DNA of 47,030 nucleotides. Source: a virus. Taxonomy: Duplodnaviria > Caudoviricetes. Positions 44,653 to 47,030 of this stretch are shown piece after piece. The notes beneath the pieces are model-generated. The model made no database searches. It saw only the letters and a list, made by a program, of their open reading frames with translations, and was not told where the DNA came from. Each line of letters starts with the position of its first letter. Within the stretch, counting starts at the first letter, position 1. The position numbers were made by a program, and so were the translations under genes. The DNA lies in the IMG/VR virus record IMGVR_UViG_3300019996_000002, positions 1 through 47,030 of that record, one strand, 5' to 3'.

Positions 44653-45225
44653 ATGGCTGGGTTCACGCTGATGGCGCTCGCGCTGGTCATGTCCGCGGCC
44701 GGGACAGCCTCGCAAGCCTACGGACAATACAAGGCGGGCAAGGCCGGCGAGCGGGCCGGCAACGCGGAAGCCGACATCTCCGAGTCTCAGGCCGACGTCG
44801 CCGACTTCAACGCGCACGTCGCCGGGCTGCAGTCGGCCGACGCGCTCGAGCGCGGGACCGAGCAGGAGAACCGCTTTCGTGACCAGGTCCGCGGCATCGT
44901 CGGCCGACAGCGGACCGAGTTCGCGGCCGGCAACATCGACACGGGTTTCGGCTCGGCGGTCGACGTGCAGGCGGACGCGGCAACGCTCGGCGAGCTAGAC
45001 GCGCTGACCATCCGGACCAACGCGGCGCGCGAAGCCTGGGGCTACGACGTCCAGAGCTACAACTACCAGCAGCAGGCGCGCATCGACCGGAAGGCCGCGG
45101 CCAACCAGGTGCTCGCCGGCGAGCAGGCGGCCAGCGCCGGCACCTGGGGCGCGGCGTCGACGATCGTCGGCGGGACCGGCTCGCTCCTGCTCGACCGCTA
45201 CGGCTACAAGAAAGGATCGAAGTAA
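44653..45225 (+). CDS. Internal virion (ejection) protein, T7 gp14-like position
   Basis: Hydrophobic N-terminus, Ala/Gln-rich helices, G.QR..FAAG.ID...GSA.D, ELDALTIR.NA.REAWG. Confidence 0.85.
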   Translation: MAGFTLMALALVMSAAGTASQAYGQYKAGKAGERAGNAEADISESQADVADFNAHVAGLQSADALERGTEQENRFRDQVRGIVGRQRTEFAAGNIDTGFGSAVDVQADAATLGELDALTIRTNAAREAWGYDVQSYNYQQQARIDRKAAANQVLAGEQAASAGTWGAASTIVGGTGSLLLDRYGYKKGSK

Positions 45226-46974
45226 ATGCCGGTCGCTCCGCGGCTCACACGGCAGGTCGACACGATGGCGCTCCCCGGCGCGCGTCTGACGGCCACCGAG
45301 AACGAAGCCTCGAGCGGCGCCGACCTGGCGCAAGCCGAGGGACGGAAGGACCAGGCAATCGCCGGGTTCGGCGCGACCGTCGAGCAGATCGGGCTGCACC
45401 TGAACAAGCAGCAGATGGCAGCGGCGGCCGAGGAGAAGGACCGGGCGGACCAGGTTGCCGTGCTCAATGCCAGCAACCAGCTCGCGATGTGGGAGAACCA
45501 GCGGCTGTATTCCCCGCAGACCGGCGCGCTCGCGCAGCGCGGCCAAGCAGCGTTTGATCTGCCGGAGAAGGTCGGCGACGAATATCAGACCCTGGTGTCA
45601 TCGGTCGAGGCTGGGCTCGGCAACGACCGGCAGAAAGAGGCGTTTCAGCGCGTCAAGCTGCAGCGCGGCGCGCAGCTCGATCTGACCTTGCGACAGCACG
45701 TCTACGGCGAGATGCAGAAGTATGAGGCCGGCGAGCTGCAGGCGTTCGTCGACAACAGCGTCAACGCGGGGATCGCCAACGCGAGCAATCCGCAGCGCGT
45801 CGGGCTCGAGCTGGGCAACGCCGAGGACGCGATCCGCATGCACGCGAAGAACCTGGGGATGTCACCCGACCAGGTCCAGCAGCAGATCGAAGGCGTCGCG
45901 ACGAAGATGCACGTCGGCGTGATCGACAACCTGCTCGCGCAGGACAAGACCAAAGCGGCACAGGTCTACTTTGCTGAGACGAAGGACGAGATCAAGGGCG
46001 ACGCGCTCGCGCGCGTGCAGAAGGCGGTCGAGGAGGGCGGGCTCCGGAAGCAGGCACAGACCAAGAGCGACGAGATCATCAGCGCCGGCGGGACGATCAC
46101 GGAGCAGCTCGAGAAGGCGAAAGGGATCGACGACGCGAAGCTGCGGGACGAGGTCGAGCAGCGGCTCGAGCACAACCAGACGGTCAAGGACCGGGCCGAG
46201 CGCGAGACGGAGCAGAAGACGCTCAAAGGCGTCTACGACGTGCTCGACCGGACGCACGACGTCACGCGGATCCCGACTAGCGTCTGGGCGAACATGGAGC
46301 CTGGCCAGCGGTCGGCCGCGCGCAGCTACGCCGAGCACCTCGCGAAAGGCGTCGGCGTAGAGACCGACTTCCCGACCTACTACGGGCTCATGCAGCAGGC
46401 GGCTCGAGACCCGGAGTCGTTCGCGACGACCAACCTGCTCAACTACCGGCACAAGATCGGCGATACCGAGCTGAAGCAGCTTACGGAGATGCAGGGCTCG
46501 ATCATCAAGGGCGACCGCGCGCAGGCCGACAAGCAGGGGCTCGGCGACTTCCGGACGCATGAGCAACTGGTCAACGACTCGCTCAACCTCTACGGCATCG
46601 ATCCGAAGGAGGAGGGCAAGAGTTCACCGGAGGGCAAGGCGATCGCGCAGCTTCGCGGCATGCTCGACGCGCGCGTCTCGGCGCTCGCGAACATGACCGG
46701 CAAGAAGCCGACGAACGACGACATTCAGAAGACGCTCGATCAGATCCTCTCGACGACGGTCGACTCGCCGGGCTCCTGGTGGAACATCTGGCCGGGCGGC
46801 AAGGCGGGACCGTGGGGCACCGACAGCAAGCGGCTGATCGATCTGACGATCGAGGATGTGCCGGCGGCCGACAAGGATCAGATCACGGCGGCGCTCAAGA
46901 AAAAGAGCCGGCCGATCAGTGACGCGACGATCCTGTCGGTCTACATCGACCGGAAGGCTCGAGGGATCAAGTAG
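45226..46974 (+). CDS. Internal virion (ejection) protein, 582 aa
   Basis: All-helical, MP start; sits between the small ejection protein and the giant ejection protein across the circular junction. Confidence 0.8.
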   Translation: MPVAPRLTRQVDTMALPGARLTATENEASSGADLAQAEGRKDQAIAGFGATVEQIGLHLNKQQMAAAAEEKDRADQVAVLNASNQLAMWENQRLYSPQTGALAQRGQAAFDLPEKVGDEYQTLVSSVEAGLGNDRQKEAFQRVKLQRGAQLDLTLRQHVYGEMQKYEAGELQAFVDNSVNAGIANASNPQRVGLELGNAEDAIRMHAKNLGMSPDQVQQQIEGVATKMHVGVIDNLLAQDKTKAAQVYFAETKDEIKGDALARVQKAVEEGGLRKQAQTKSDEIISAGGTITEQLEKAKGIDDAKLRDEVEQRLEHNQTVKDRAERETEQKTLKGVYDVLDRTHDVTRIPTSVWANMEPGQRSAARSYAEHLAKGVGVETDFPTYYGLMQQAARDPESFATTNLLNYRHKIGDTELKQLTEMQGSIIKGDRAQADKQGLGDFRTHEQLVNDSLNLYGIDPKEEGKSSPEGKAIAQLRGMLDARVSALANMTGKKPTNDDIQKTLDQILSTTVDSPGSWWNIWPGGKAGPWGTDSKRLIDLTIEDVPAADKDQITAALKKKSRPISDATILSVYIDRKARGIK

Positions 46975-47030
46975 TGGCGGGCAACGAATACGACGACCTG
47001 GTCGAGCAGGTCGCGCAAACGCCGGCGCCG
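46904..47030. repeat. Terminal direct repeat, identical to 1-127
   Basis: Exact match to the window start. Confidence 0.97.

Noticed and set aside
31636-47030. Diversity-generating retroelement, expected from the BPP-1-like virion genes
   Set aside because: No reverse transcriptase ORF (no YxDD-type RT context), no Avd-like gene, and no TR/VR repeat pair noticed.

Overview
The window is a complete, circularly permuted genome (46,903 bp plus a 127-bp terminal overlap) of a high-GC, short-tailed (podovirus-type) dsDNA phage. Its virion module is Bordetella BPP-1/Salmonella epsilon15-like. All credible genes are on the + strand. Order: giant 3077-aa polyvalent ejection protein; two membrane proteins; early/recombination genes (KTSC, RHH-like regulator, ERF, PD-(D/E)XK nuclease, HNH-like); replication (SF2 helicase, probable origin, DnaB, RuvC-like, MT-A70 methylase); accessory ORFs; TerS/TerL; beta-helix enzyme; portal, scaffold, major capsid, cement; fused fibre-adaptor; nozzle; internal virion proteins. 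I see no integrase, CI-like repressor, DGR reverse transcriptase, tRNA or recognisable endolysin. Several proteins resemble families I associate with Acidobacteriota (Vicinamibacterales), so the host is inferred only. Most notable observations: (1) a 19-bp palindromic operator family overlapping sigma70-type promoters, one copy lying inside the giant gene and driving an overprinted +1-frame small gene; (2) a tail adaptor domain duplicated in tandem and fused behind about 1000 aa of fibre/lectin-like sequence; (3) a major capsid protein and neighbouring structural-region proteins with signal-peptide-like N-termini; (4) an injected polyprotein carrying GNAT, ADP-ribosyltransferase-like and zincin domains. 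Family assignments come from motif recognition, not database searches.
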